In this document: in pieces, positions 39,801 to 54,800 of the stretch | Layout: every line of letters starts with the position of its first letter | Numbering within the stretch: position 1 is the first letter of the stretch | Source: Phoronis australis | Lineage: Eukaryota; Animalia; Phoronida | Reading direction: 5' to 3' | Assembly: GCA_002633005.1 (NCBI GenBank) | Contig: NMRA01000180.1 | Coordinates: 557,955 to 621,954, forward strand | Length of the DNA stretch: 64,000 nt | The notes under the pieces: generated by a model | The model's input: the letters and a program-made list of their open reading frames with translations, nothing else | Told to the model about the DNA's origin: nothing | Database searches by the model: none | Translations under genes and position numbers: made by a program

Positions 39801-42800
39801 GCATTACTTAACCATTTAAGTGTTCTTAGTAAATCAATTTGTGAACTTACACGCAGTGGCCACAATGTACATTCAGTAACAAATCTTGGATTCAGACCAA
39901 AAACCACTCATGTCTACAAGACTGATCTCAACTTGTACCTTGGGGAGTTTTTGGATTGGAAAAAATCAATGACACTTCGTTGTTGCTAAAGACCACGATA
40001 AACGCATAAAATGACACACCATGACAAGCCACGATGGTCCAAAATGACACACCGTGATAAGCCACGATGGTCCAAAATGACACACCGTGACAAGCCACGA
40101 TGGTCCAAAATGACACACCGTGACAAGCCACGATGGTCCAAAATGACACACCGTGACAAGCCACGATGGTCCAAAATGCTTTCCAAATCCACAAACACAT
40201 TTCATTTAACTAAGGAGCAATTATATAGTAATAGCCATCAAAATCAAAGTAAATTTTTGTTATAACAGGTGGGCTTACAGCTGCTATGTAAGAAATTTTA
40301 GATGAACATTCTACAGAAATTATAAACCAAAATGAGCTCTGTATGACCCTGTGTTGAAATTTTCAAGTTCGTCAAATGAATGTTAGTACAAACATAGCAT
40401 TGAATTATAAAGCAAGTACTTTGAATTATCCCACCTAACAAAACGCTTTTCTTAAAGTCGCACCTGTCAAGCCCAAATTGAAAATGCCCAACTGAAATGA
40501 ATCGCGTTATAAGCACTGAACCTTCCCCAAGAAATAATCAATAAACTCCAAGCTGTAATAAAAGCAAAACATGAGCTAAAACAATAATTTCAAGAGAAAG
40601 TGCTGCGCGTGGCTTTTATACACTAAAATAAATCAAACTACGGAAGCACTAAGTAAAGCACACCTTCACTGAAACACTCCTTATTTTCCCAACGGTGACT
40701 GCAGTGTGAAACAGTACCAGCCCTTTTAATTTAGCGCCATCTTTTGACAGCTAAAGGCACCTTATCAAGCTCCTCTTTCTGTCTGCGCTGTCTGTAGCAG
40801 GCCTAATAAATATGTACATACATTGGACCATTTTAGTGGCAGACCACGATACAATGGGAATGAAGAACTAAAGCCAGTCTATCACATACTTACAGAACTA
40901 GACACATCTACAGAGGATGAGGCGTCCATTATCTTGGAGTGTGTAGGACTGCGAATGAGAGGTCTAGTCTCCTCGTCAAGGGACGGGCCAAATATAGCAC
41001 CTGTGTAACATGAAAAAGCACCACATTGTAAAAAGTACCACTTCTGCATTGCTTCCATGGAATATATTACCTCAATTCATATGCATCCCTGAGTAAGAAG
41101 ACAATCATAAAAATGTGTATACAAATATATACATCTATATATTGTTGAAAACACGACTAAACTGTTTGTTTTAAAGCCTGATACAGAGTCGATCGTAATG
41201 TTGAAACAATCCCCTTTCTTTGGGTGTGCAGCTATGCAGCATAACACCAACTCTGTATCAAGTTTTCAAACAAAAAGTTTAGTCGTGTTTTCACCGAAGT
41301 TTGTGTTAACAAAGGGCAGCTACCGAACTATACTGATAAAATGTATAAGTATTGTGTACAACAACAATACAACATCATAATTTGCTGAAAGTGACTGGAT
41401 GGATTGCGTCTTTAACCAAAAGAAAAATGATATGGATACTTCTCAGGATATATTTCCTAACAAATTAATTATCAACAAAAGACAGCTAAGCTATCTTAAG
41501 ACCCTTAGATCAGCCCTGCTACTTAATGAGGAACAACGAACTTGGTGACCAACAACCACAAGATGTTAGTGGTGACCACTAGGCATAGTCGGATACAGCC
41601 AAGAGGATGGAAGGAGGAAGATTACAAATTTGTTCTTACAGTAAAGTGTTCTCTACCTGTTCTGACTTGCCACTGTGTCAAGTTTGAATTTTGTTTAGAC
41701 CAGTTAGGCTTAACTTGCCTCGAGTTTGAAGACCTTAAGTATGCACGGAGTTTGAAGTACAGGGAGATTAGCCATTTCTTATGCAAACTCGGACATTTTG
41801 GACTTTTGTTACCAGCTCAATGCATTTATTCCAAGACTTCACACATAAATTGCGCACACTATGGACATGGACTATCAAACACGTACACAAAATTTGTTAT
41901 TCTAGTTGAGTTTGAATTTTCTGTTGTGGAGAACACTGCATTCCTCAATGAATTGAGACAAATTGTGAGTAAAAAAATGGGACACAATGTATCATACTTT
42001 GAGGACGATAATCCTAACAAATCTGGATACTTAACACTTCATTCAATCATTCAATCCGTAGCTTATTATATTCACTGGAACAGTTTCTTTGTTATAATCA
42101 TATCACCAGTAACTGCGCAATTTCATTGAGATTCCAGTTAAGGGACATGGTATCTGACAGCCTTATCAGTATAATATCTCAACCGAAATAAGATATTGGC
42201 CAATGTCCTTTACAGTTAGGGCAAGTGATCATGTGTATCTATAGATTAAGATACACGTACACACTGAGGAGTTCACCACCTGGAAATGACCTTCTATAAA
42301 CACAAGAACTAATTACTATTTATCAACAAAACTTTCCACAGCTCTCTGAAATCAATGTATTACACCATAATATATCAAAAAAATTTAGATGCATTTCATT
42401 ACAAACACCACATGGAATCGAGGAATTCGACTTGGTTTGTGTTTTCACTTTAGGTTTTCATAGTTAGAGTTAGAAGTGCATAAAACTTGCTTTTGCTAAG
42501 CATGATGAAAATATTGTATTTTTGTTTGTAAAGTTTATTAAAAACAAAGATGGGCACTTTTTGAAATTGAGAATGAGTTTAAAACTAGTTTTTGCAAAAT
42601 ATAACACAAAAGAGGATTGTTGCGAAAACAATTCTGACGGGCAGTTGTCCCGTTTTATGCAAATTCAGTGTTTGCACTACGTGTTCGAGCATGGTGGTGG
42701 TAATTTTGGAGCCATGTTCGGAAATCCTAAGTTTTGTCTACTTTACAAGACAACGATTCAAATAGTTTTCAAATTTGCATACTATCGCTTAATTTTTATT

Positions 42801-45800
42801 CTTTTTCTGTGAGATGTCACTCATGGTTTTCAATAAAGTTTTGAAACAAAAAGATGACTTTTGTTAATAATTATATCGTGATTACCGTAGCAATTTAAGT
42901 GAGTTATATGCCCATCTTATGGCCCAAACCATAAAAATTGACAGGAAGCACAGGAACCAAATCCAACCCAAGTTCACTGACCTGATACAGGTACACTCAA
43001 TATACCTGAATGTTCTCATCCCATGTCTCGGAATCAGTTGATGTTCAGTTCAAGCTAATTAATTCTAACCCACCAATGAAATTCAAACTAGTAACCTACC
43101 ATCTCCAAACACATAACCCTCCATAATCCTTATGACGGGAAAGTTCTGCAAAGGGTATGTACAGAGCACTCCGATCAACAAAGTGACGTTAACGAGGAGG
43201 GCGAAGACGGAAAATGGCGGCAAGTTTGTGTTGATCGTCTGCTCTGTGTGCTCTGGACCGTAACGGAGGTAGCCCGCTATGCCGAAACCGCACAGCATCG
43301 TTGAAATACCCGTCAAGACTGTGTGTAGAAAGCATGGGAAAAGGTGGCGGTTGCCGTCCATGCTGGACTCGATGGCAACAATCTGGAAACATGAGCAACA
43401 AAATTGAGATGGTTATGTAAGATTTCAAATAGAGCCATGGGACTACGTGCAGAAAAAAAATTACCTTCCATTGGAAGAACAAGATTATAACTGTGGATTT
43501 ACAGGATAACAACAATAACGTTATGTAATCAGATGTAGGTCGCGAGTACTAACAAATACTGATAGACTGATCATGCTCCACCACAGTTACTCAGGGGAGG
43601 ATTTGTAATCCAGCCCAGTAGGTGATTGGAGCAATGCTTGCCTCATGAAACGTACACGTTAATTGATTCTTATGCTCTGTAACTAACTGTTATGTCTCTG
43701 ACAGAGTTCAGTCATCACTCTAGAAGGAATAGTTAGTGAGCTACCACAAGATTCGTAGTAACCAAGGAGTCAAAGAAGAAAGCCGAAGCCAAAATTTAAT
43801 ACTTAAGGGCCTCACTTAGAATTTCACGACCAATGTGTCAAACACACCACTTCGGTTTAAGCTCAAATTTGAGTCTTCAGCAATGAAAAGGGAAGACCTA
43901 GCTACAACAATTTTAATTAACAAGAAAGCTGGACCAGAAAACTGACCACCTAAAGCTGATGTTCCTATATGTGTAGGGTTGCAAAAATATTTTAAAACAA
44001 CCAATTACTTACCGTTCCAATGCCTTCATAAGCACCTGTAATTTGTCCCCAAAAGATTGGGAATGATGAGAATACGAACCAATCAAATTTGCTCAAGCCA
44101 TCTTGTGAAATACCTAGCAAAAGCAAAAAAAAATTACATACATCAACTTTAAAATAAAGAACTGAACACAAAAACAAAAGAAAATAGTGTTGTAAAATAA
44201 TCAAGTTAGTGCTTTAATACCTTTTAGCGTATTTAGACGCATACAAACAAAGGAACAAAACGTGTTTCAATTCAATTAAAGTGAACTCCCAAAAAGCGCA
44301 CCTATAACTGTACGAGAGAAAACCCTAAAAGATGACACTATTAATAAAAAGAAAAAATAACAAAATTATAGCTCTTTACCTACAAGCAGATAGATCAAAA
44401 TTGCAAAGTATCCAGCCAGAATAGAGATATTGGCCATGAAACTGACAGGTCCCATCTTCCTGACACTTCTCATCATGGCAAATGCGATGAAGAACGGCAG
44501 AGGCGTCAACATCAGTAAATATAGTGATGGAGCCGTAGACTTTGTGTATACGGTTGTATTGCTCGGTGCAATGGTAGGAAATTCATGACTGAAGAAATCA
44601 CTTTCCAAGTCCGTATAATCTGTTTCATTAACACTTGCAGTCACCAAGTGTGTCCAATTTGTGTAGTGGAGGACAGGAAAGCACGCCTCGACGGTTGTAG
44701 CGATGAAGATGAAGTACGCCGTACAGAATCCAAACTGAGTAATAAGTAACGGAATGTTCACCATGACGACACCCCACTTGCCAAAAGCGAGTTTCCCGAT
44801 GCTGCCGTACGTGATGTTTTTCTCCATTTTCTTGCGGATTTCATCGATGTGTTCCATGGTAACTGGCTCCCGTAACTCTTGCTCATATGCATTAAGAAGC
44901 CTGTTTGTGACGCGTGTTTTCGCCCGAATGATCAGCTGACAACAATGATCGGTCATGAACGCAGCTACGACCATTGAGATGGTGCCAAGCTGGAACCAGA
45001 GATACACACGGATTAAAACAGCATCCAAATGAAGGATTAATCATCCATGCATGATCAGTTGCATAAACTTGCCTATTAGGACTTTACCTTACGCACCTGC
45101 CTGTAGAATGAGTATCCTGACTGTCAGGTCAGCCAGTCGGGATACGGCTGGTGTCCTCATCAGTTTGACAGCGGCATATCCCTTATTGTCTGCTTTCATC
45201 TGATGCTCATGTAATCTAGCAATTATGTTGCAAACAGCTCGCCTGATGTTAAGCGATATTTAAAAATACTATTTGCAAACAACTTTCAACAAATGTCTAT
45301 TGTATGAAATACTTTCACCCAAAAAATTCGAATGGAGAAAAACAGTCGCCTTTCAGAGACATTTGACTTAACATAACATTCACCTGTTTATTCCTTTGTG
45401 TGACTGTAAGCTCTGACCAACTTAACCACAGTATTGTGAACCAACACAAAAGTTTAATCAAGCGTAATTCTAGATTAGATGTGATAGTGGAAATTTCTTG
45501 ATTTTTACACTCCAGGAGAATGGTAGGTAATGAATCATAGACTTTATAAGCACAGGCAGAATGTATATTATATTAAAATTAAGAAGTATCCCTGACATTG
45601 AAGACACAAAAGCTTATTTAGCTCATATCTGGTAATCTTTTGAAAAATGACACAGCACAACATGCCTCACCTCAAGCATTATTTCGAAAACACAAGAAAT
45701 CTGCTGAAACCAGACCATTTAACAGTAGCTGTTCCACCCAAGGCAAGCTTTTGTTGTCTACTAGCAGTTTTCAAAGTCAACAATAAAAAATTTTGAAAGT

Positions 45801-48800
45801 AAAACTTAAGACACCAGCTTATTTAATGTGGTACAGGATCACCAATATCAGTCTTCGGCCATAGCAATTAGTCAGTTTATGACCAAAGCCCAGATATCAA
45901 GAGCACAACTTTTACAATCCTTACATGGTAGTGTTTGGAAATGCTGCAGTTTAAAGTTGAAAAAAAAATTAAAGTAGGCAACGACATCGTGGCCAGGTGT
46001 CACGAAGACACATGCAATTTAAAAACCATCGAGGGTGGGTGAAGCTGGACTTACAAATTGAAATCTTAACCTTTGATAACCTGATTACATATTATATACT
46101 ACAACAACGTGCAAGAGGTTGAAGGAGCAAGTTGCTCCAGAGCAAATGTTGGTGTAAACGAGAATTGATCCGGAACTATAACATCACAGGCGCAGGTTGG
46201 TTCAAATCAGAACCCGGATCAGATTCAGACCAATATGCTATGTAAGCAAGACTTTGCTTTAGAACATACACTACAAGCCAAAAATATTCAAACAAAGTGA
46301 CCCACAATTCCACATCCTGTGTGCTGGTGGAAGCTTAACTGGTCATCACAGTAGTCTCCCCTCGTGTCTATGAATGAAGAGGGATAAACGAGAAAGTTAG
46401 TAATGTGACAGTCATTCTGTAATAAGAATTTTAGCGCCCTTAGCAGCCATTTTTGTTGGTAAATAATTAGCTGCCATTTCACGGAAATGGTATTTTCTCA
46501 TTACTTTTGATTTGTACTACATCTTGTTTCATTTGTGCAATGTGCAAAGGGGTCTTAAGTGGCAATAATTTCTTCCTGAAAACAGCTTGTTGCAACTTAA
46601 GGTTCAGTGTCATGTGCACAGTGGTGACATAAATCGCACTATTCAAGCTAGACTGATATCATTTGTTTCAGTTTCAGTCAGTTGTCAACACAACTGAGAA
46701 AGTCTCACCTGGGAACAAATAATGTCAGCATGTGACTACCAGTATAACTTGTTCTCATGTGAAGGATGGTGAAAACATAAATTGGTCAGGAACAATTTGG
46801 CACCTGATGTCATAAGACAATGCAAGTAGTATCAGAACTTGTCAACTCATATGTGGTAGACATTAACTTAACCACAAAACCTACAATCTCTGCCAAATTT
46901 CAGTTACCTGGAGTAAACTGAAACTTTAAACCACTGATACAAACATGAACCACAGAAAATTGATTTCTTTCTTATCTTGGTTTCAGTCCAAGGTCAACAC
47001 TATTCCGAAATTCCTTCATTGTGGCAAAGACTAATGTCAGCAAGTGGTGAGCTCTCAATGAGCTATGAAAATCAAAACATTTACTCACCCCAATACCAGC
47101 TTTAGTAAAGGCAAACGGAATAGCCAGGTATCCCGAGCCGATAAAAGCTTTAAACGTGTTGGCAAAGTCAGATGCATGCTGTTTTACACCAACTCTGAAA
47201 AAGATGTGGGAGTGTAAGACGTACATATCACAACCAACCGCAACTGTTACTAGGAGCATTACTTCAATGGATAATCTGCCAAATCTTAAAGGAAAAAAAA
47301 TAGACAGACGCAGACTGTTCCATAACGCGAGAATAAATTGTCTAAAACAATGATCGTAAAATGACTGACAGAGGGCGATTATACAGTGTCGGCACTGTGT
47401 CCCATCAAAAGGCAAATTCGACCTCAGATATATGATATCAGTAAGAAAACAAGAGCAACGCGGAGCGTTGAAATGCGCCCACAATTGCACCGCATACGGT
47501 ATCCTTCTAGGGTTGTTTATTGGTACCATAAAGTGGCCAGTAGAGGGCATACTTTGCAAAATGGAAAGGCATGGTCATTGTCTCCTCAATAGGCTAGGGG
47601 CAAAATGTGAGTAATCTTCATAATACAAGCACATCCTATACACCAGTTGCTTAAAGCACCACAGAAACATAGAATTAAAAACAAATTTACCAACATACGA
47701 GATTAGCACAGCATTAGAATGCCAGAAACAAATTTCTACTTGGAACTTTTCCTTCACAGTCACGAAGTAACACAAAGTATACACCTGAAGACCTATGAAA
47801 ATACAGAGGTCAATGTAAAATACTAAAATTGCCACTAGAGGCAAATACTAAAATTGCCACTAGAGGCATACCGGTAATCAGAATCATCCTAAAGTCGTCA
47901 TCGTCCGTTGTCAACATCACATAAATACACTTGCTAAATTTAGTAAAGATCCTGCAAACGGTTTGGGAGATACAGCCATGGGCGCAAAAAAACAAAACTG
48001 CCACTAGGAGGCGCCACAGTAGTCCAAATCGTCTGAAAATCATTGTCAGCTGTCTTCCTTATAGTAAGCACATACACGCCAATTTTCACAATCATCCTTT
48101 GAGCGGTTTGGTTGATAGAGGGGTGGACGCAAAAATACAGACTCGAAAACAGTAAAAATGGCCACTAGGTGGCGCAAACTACGTCGAATCCATCTGAAAA
48201 CAGTAGGATAGCGTCATCTCACTAATAGGTGCCTACATACCAAATTTCATGAAAATCCGTTCAATACTTTTGAAGATACAAAGGTAAGCGTAAAAAACTA
48301 AAATTGCCACTAGGGGGCACACCGGTAGTCGGATCCGACCAAAAGTCGTCATCTTCCGTTGTTAACATCATATAAATATACTTACACAATTTGTAAAGAT
48401 CCTGCGAACGGTTTAGGAGATACAGCCATAGGCGCAAAAAAACAAAACTGCCACTAGGAGGCGCCACAGTAGTCGAAATCGTCGGAAAATCATCGTCAAC
48501 CATCCTCTACATAGTAAGCATATACATGCCAATTTTCACAATCATCCTTTGAGCGGTTTGGTTGATAGAGGGGTGGACGCACAAAAACAGACTCGAAAAC
48601 ACTAAAAATGGCCACTAGGTGGCGCAAACTATGTCGAATCCATCTGAAAACGGGAGGATAGCGTCATCTCACTAATAGGTGCCTACATACCAAATTTCAT
48701 GAAAATCCAATAAGGACTTGTGAAGATACAAAGGTAAGCGTAAAAAAATTAAAATTGCCACTAGGGGGCACACCGGTAGTCGGATCCGTCCAAAAGTCGT

Positions 48801-51800
48801 CATCTTCCGTTGTTAACATCATATAAATATACTTACACAATTTCGTAAAGATCCTGCGAACGGTTTAGGAGATACAGCCATAGGCGCAAAAAAAAAAAAA
48901 CTGCCACTAGGAGGCGCCACAGTAGTCGAAATCGTCGGAAAATCATCGTCAACCGTCCTCTACATAGTAAGCACATACATGCCAATTTTCACAATCATCC
49001 TTTGAGCGGTTTGGTTGATAGAGGGGTGGAAGCACAAAAACAGACTCGAAAACAGTAAAAATGGCCACTAGGTGGCGCAAACTATGTCGAATCCATCCGA
49101 AAACGGCAGGATAGCGTCATCTCACTACTAGGTGCCTACATACCAAATTTCATGAAAATCCGTTCAGGACTTTTGAAGATACAAAGGTAAGCGTAAAAAA
49201 CTAAAATTGCCACTAGGGGGCACACCGGTAGTCGGATCCGTCCGAAAGTTCGCACATGCCGTCCCATTCATGAATGGAACATATGTGCCAAATTTCATGA
49301 ACGTATGTCAAAGGGTTTTGGAGATAGAGCAGCGGACGCCGGACGCCAGACGCCGGACGGACGCCGCCCGGACGGACGGACGGACGGACGGACAGAGATG
49401 ACGGCATAATGCGTCCACATATAAATATGTGGGCGCATAAAAATTCACATTTGACCACTCGTCAGCAAATATCTCTCTTCTAACTGCCAGAAGTCTGCAT
49501 TCTAATGCCGCGATTTGTGGTTAAGCTCATAGGAGGCCATGAAGGAAGCATGTGAGTGCACAATAATTAAACTAATTACTCATAAGAATCGTCACTTCAA
49601 ATATCTGATCTCCTTGGATGTCCTATCTACCTTATACCAATTCCACATCAGAGCACGGCCAATACTAAGGGACTAACGTACAGTACCAGTAGTGCCAGCA
49701 GTGTGTGCTGCTGAACACTGTGGTTAAACCACCGTGGTTGCCTGAGCAGCCATACTTAGTGTGCTTTTAGTTTAGTTTATTTCATAAGCATTTCATATAT
49801 ACTGTACAACAAATGGGATTTCTGCACGATAATCGAACCACCATTATATTTAGGCACCAGGTATACATTTGTATCAATTCATGCAGAATACATGCAACAC
49901 AAAATTTATTAAGTCTTGAGAACCAAACATTTAATTTTATATCAGCCAGTTGGGAAATAGTATTTATTCTGTTCCATAAATCACATACAGCCCAAGTGTC
50001 TGGAACAACGTAATACGTAAATGGTTGACCATAGTACAATCCAAAAACACATGAAAAGCATTGGTAGATCCACAATAGCATAGGGGATAAATGTTATGCC
50101 TGAATTTCCCCAACAGTTTAACAATAAATCTGTCCTTTGGTATATGACTGCCAGACAGACTATAATTTCCCAGGGCAGACAAATTGCTGATTTGTATCTA
50201 AGGAAATGATTAGTTTGTAGGGCTAATCCATCCTTTACAGGACACAGTTTTGTCCTCACATCCCAGGGCTAATCCACCCTTTACAGGACACAGTTTTGTC
50301 CTCACATCCCAGGGCTAATCCATCCTTTACAGGCACAGTTTTGTCCTCACATCCCAGGGCTAATCCATCCTTTACAGGACACAGTTTTGTCCTCACATCC
50401 CAAGTCATAATACAGATAGGGTATAGTCTCCACGTTATTTCACACAAAAATAAATACCAAAATTGTCATTTGTCCAATTTTCAAAGCAGATTACTTCGCA
50501 GCTCATAATGGAAACTTTAACAAATCTTGTTTTGTGACATCTGCATGGTCAGTACATTCTAAGAAAAACTTGGCAGTAATGCCTCTAGGGTGCAGTGTGT
50601 TAAAAATGATACGACTTTCATTGCTGGATAACATCTTTCTGCATATCTCGTACTGTCAAGGAGTAGTTTTATTTGAGGCTGGCTAGCCAGGACACAAATA
50701 AATTGAACACACAATGCCAAGGTTATGAATGTAACACCTCCACAAATAACTTACCATTAGACATAACATGAGATCAGAAATATCACGCGAGGACAATGCC
50801 CTTTTAGGTGACACTCATTTATGAATGCCCACAATTTCTCATTATAATTGTCAGATGATAGCTACGTTACAGACTTTTGAGAATCATAGACATAGCTTTT
50901 AATTGATATAATGCACCAGTTAATGAATAAATGAAAAATGCGATTGTCAACCCTACTATGTCCTAAATTGGTAGAGTTCAATGTAACAATGAAATGAGTG
51001 CTCACTCGGGAGCAACAAGATATCAAAACAAGAACCAAGGATGGCGATGAAGGCTGCAACATCAAAGATGACAAAGCCCACCATGCCATGCGACCACGCA
51101 AAGTATGACCTTGAAACCGCAACAATGATGACGACAGTTGGCAGCACCATAAACACCCGACAATGCCACCAGCAATACTGAGACCAACACTAGTGAAGAC
51201 ACCCTGCCCCTAACAGTGATAACAAAGCTGATACACTGACAACAAAGTGGCAAATATTGATGATGCTGCAAAAGGGAACAACGTCAACAACAGTAACAAT
51301 CACGCCCCTCGACGTACATGGCACCGACAGAGCCAAGGAAAATGATACTGCAGATGCCAATGATGTTGCCACAATCATGATCATTGTTATCATTGCTGCG
51401 AGACGAGCTGCGACCTCAGAGCTCGATGCGAGCGAGTTACCTGCACATAGCAAGCAAGTAAAATGATGGCTGACCAGTAACTTGTGTTCATAGCAAGTAC
51501 TACTGGTGTAATATTAGTTACAATGTGCAGCTGAGAGAGAGAGTTATTGTTATCAGGTGATGCAAGAATTCATTTTCCCTGGCTAGCAAACATAAATGCC
51601 TTCATTATCTTCAGCACAGACATCGAATTCTGAAGTTGATAAAGAGACAAACAGGGATCAATCAACGAGAAAGTCAGAAACGATCAGCCAATAGAAGAAC
51701 GGTTACTGTCAAAAAACCCTCAAATAACTCAAAAGCAGTAAGTCACTGCGAAAAACTGATGACACCTTTAGCTCTTCACAAGACAAGATCTTTGTCCACA

Positions 51801-54800
51801 ACCATGTTTCAGAAGCTTCGTCCAAGAAGGACACTGCAACTATACAACTGTAAAGAGAAATTTTGTATGCCACAGCACTACCTGTCATTCAGTTTCAATA
51901 CAATGCAATTTCAAGATACTGATAACCCAATAAGACTTTGCAAATTTCACGCCAATCCAACAAAAACATACCAGTAAGTGTCATGGAAAAAGATCTGGAT
52001 GCCATGTTGTTCTTGAATCCAGAGACCACTGCAAGCCTCAGAATGATTCTAGCGTCACACCTCAGTCATCAATAAATCGCAAATAACTAAATCGTAACAA
52101 GAAAAGGATGGCACATTTCATGAGGCTTTTGACATTATCACCATATTCATGCACACACCAAGTTTCAGAAAGTATTGTAATTGGACATGATGTCAATATT
52201 CCACCATACAAGAATTTTTTCAACAAGAATTTTTTCAACAAGAATTTTTATTTAATTCCTTTATTTTAAATATCATAAGTAGCCAATTCTCCTAAGAGCA
52301 GATTTAAAAAAATGAATTTCAACCTTCAACTTATACATAAAGCATTGTTAGGGCCCACACTCAAGGTGGTTCTCAGTACTCTCGAAACCAAAACTACGAA
52401 AAACGAGGGGATATCAACCAAGGGATGTACAACTTTAGTAAGGACTCCACAGTTACCTGTTTCTGCCAATCACCACCTACTTGTTAAGCAGGGCTCATTT
52501 TTTTCTGAGGTGTTAGCATGACAGAGCCTTTTACATCTGAAATCAAAACTAACCAGAAACACAAAGGAAGCAATGTATGGTTGCTAGATTTGAATTGGAT
52601 TAAGCTAAAAAAAAACAACTAATGAAACCAAAAGCAAGTTTCACATCATGGGCTTTCCTAATATACACAAAATCATGATGACACAACAGCAAACGGCCCA
52701 CCCCGAGACATTACCTGGAGAATGATATTCCCACGTACCTATGGTCACATGCTTCACTAAAACTAAAATATCTTAAATTAAAAAATAGTACTTTTGTTTT
52801 ACAACGAACATACTTTATTTTTAGCTAAATTTTCCTAAAAAGTAAGGTCACGTACCTTAATAAGTGGCGGATTGGTATAAAGTCAAAAATCAAATTCTAT
52901 AAAATTTCTACTTTCGGAAAACACAAACTCTGTTTGGTTAAATTCTATAGTTGTGTCGATATTTCGAAGCTACATAACTTTAATGTACATAAATTATGCA
53001 AACACCACTTCAAAATTAATGACTTGATAACAGCTGCTGCAAGTGTAAGCCAAATGCCTCACAAACTTATTATCTATGGGCCTCAAGTAACTCACTTTTA
53101 AATTTTCTGAGAGTTGTTGCGGTGCCAACCATTACAAGGTTGGTTGTCAAAAAATGTGAACGGCTAGTTTGTACTTCATGTTAAAATAAATTACAAAATG
53201 TAAAATCACAGGTATAGAGTAGGCTGACCGGGAATTTCTGCTTTCATCAAGTCATCCAGTTATTGTATAAGCCAATACTAGCATGTATCATCTTGCTTAA
53301 CATTGAAACAGAGCACTAAATCTGCGTAATAATGTGTAGTTCACTTTCTACAGTTTGGTTGCTAGAGTGCACAGTAACCTCATAAGCCCAGCATGTGCGT
53401 TGTCATGGTGATTTTCCATTCTAGCTAAAGGAAGGTTTCTTACTAGAAGTCAACAAGGTAATTACTGTGACATTATGCAGAGGATGGCCTCACTCAGCAT
53501 CAACTTCTCTAAACCGTTGAAAAGTTCAGAAGCGCAATGAGTTGCTTGAACTGCCTAGTACTTAAATACTACTTAGTCCTATCAAAAAATATATATATGA
53601 AATAAATATTTAGAAATGAGTATGTGCGTAGTGTGTAAACACAGTATGTTGTTATATCATTATATCGGATGTAACTGAAGTCTTACTTGATCGGTCATTT
53701 CTAATGTTTTTTGGTTAGTAACAGAATGTATCACATTATTAATGTGCAAAAAAGTGCATGCAAAGTTCCTCTTGCTGTGATCAGTGCAAGTCAACTACTG
53801 AACAACGTTAAATTTCTTAGGAGCAATGACTGTATATTTACAACCCTGATAACAGATAACATGTAGGACACGTAACAATAGGCCAAACAGGGATTTTCTA
53901 AATATGACAGAAAGTGACTGAGCATCCAAAAAGAGCCCAGAAAAAAGGTCGTCTATGTCACAAATATCCCTTTTGGTGGCTCTTTATTACGAGAACCAGT
54001 TTCGTATGTAAATTAACAGGCATTAATGTTCAATGATTACCTCGTTCTTACAATTAGATTCCACACACCAAAAGGGGAATATTATCAAACAATTCCCAAA
54101 CCTTGTTTCCGAAAGAGATCAAATTGTGGGGGTCTTTGGGAAAACCTCGGTAAACCAAAATGGGTAATTTGTTCATGTGCAACTACCTTTGAGAGTAGGT
54201 TTCATTGAAATATTTCAATCAAGCAAAATCCCTTGTTGGTTAAACCTCTCTCACTTGAAACAAGTACAGTATGGTTCATGCAAAACAAAATAACAAAAAT
54301 CATTGAAGCATAATTAACACACTAACAAGCCATCTTTATTACTTTCTGATTTTCAAACAGACAAGCAAACAGAAATCCTAAGCCTTAAAGAAAGGACAGG
54401 GATATCCCAAACACCAAATCAGCTGACCAGGTCAACCTCGGTGACCTCAGCATGTCCAACGGAAATTTCCATGGACTTTCTTTGTTTCTAGTTTGTCCTT
54501 GCTGACACTGTGAGGGACACTGAGCAGAGTGGAAGAGTTACCAATCTCATCAACGTATTTCAATTCTCACCATGGACATACTAGCATGGCATGACATGGA
54601 AGCATTTCCCTATAATGTTAGAGCCATCAATACACTAAGGAATTTTCAATCAGCTGCACATGAGTTCCTGAGGACTCTCTGTCAATGTAACAGTTGCAAC
54701 ACCAGTTGGATAATGTATATCTGAACTCCTGCTGTGAATGAACTTCTTTAACCTCAAGACCTCCTCAGTATACGTGAATTTGAATTACATATTCATAAAA

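Noticed and set aside
40007-40177. 33-bp repeats resembling a CRISPR array or repeat protein
   Set aside because: Head-to-tail units with no unique spacers, in a eukaryotic intron, and no cas genes: a minisatellite.
41542-42129. 195-aa ORF on the plus strand
   Set aside because: Non-ATG start, no recognisable domain, antisense within a transporter intron; likely chance.
46972-47559. 195-aa ORF on the minus strand
   Set aside because: Only 47089-47194 is a real exon; the rest is intron and HINE end read in frame.
54540-54670. Possible LINE (CR1/L2) ORF2 C-terminal remnant
   Set aside because: Only a vague resemblance (..FPYNVRAINTLRNFQSA..), too short and degenerate to call.
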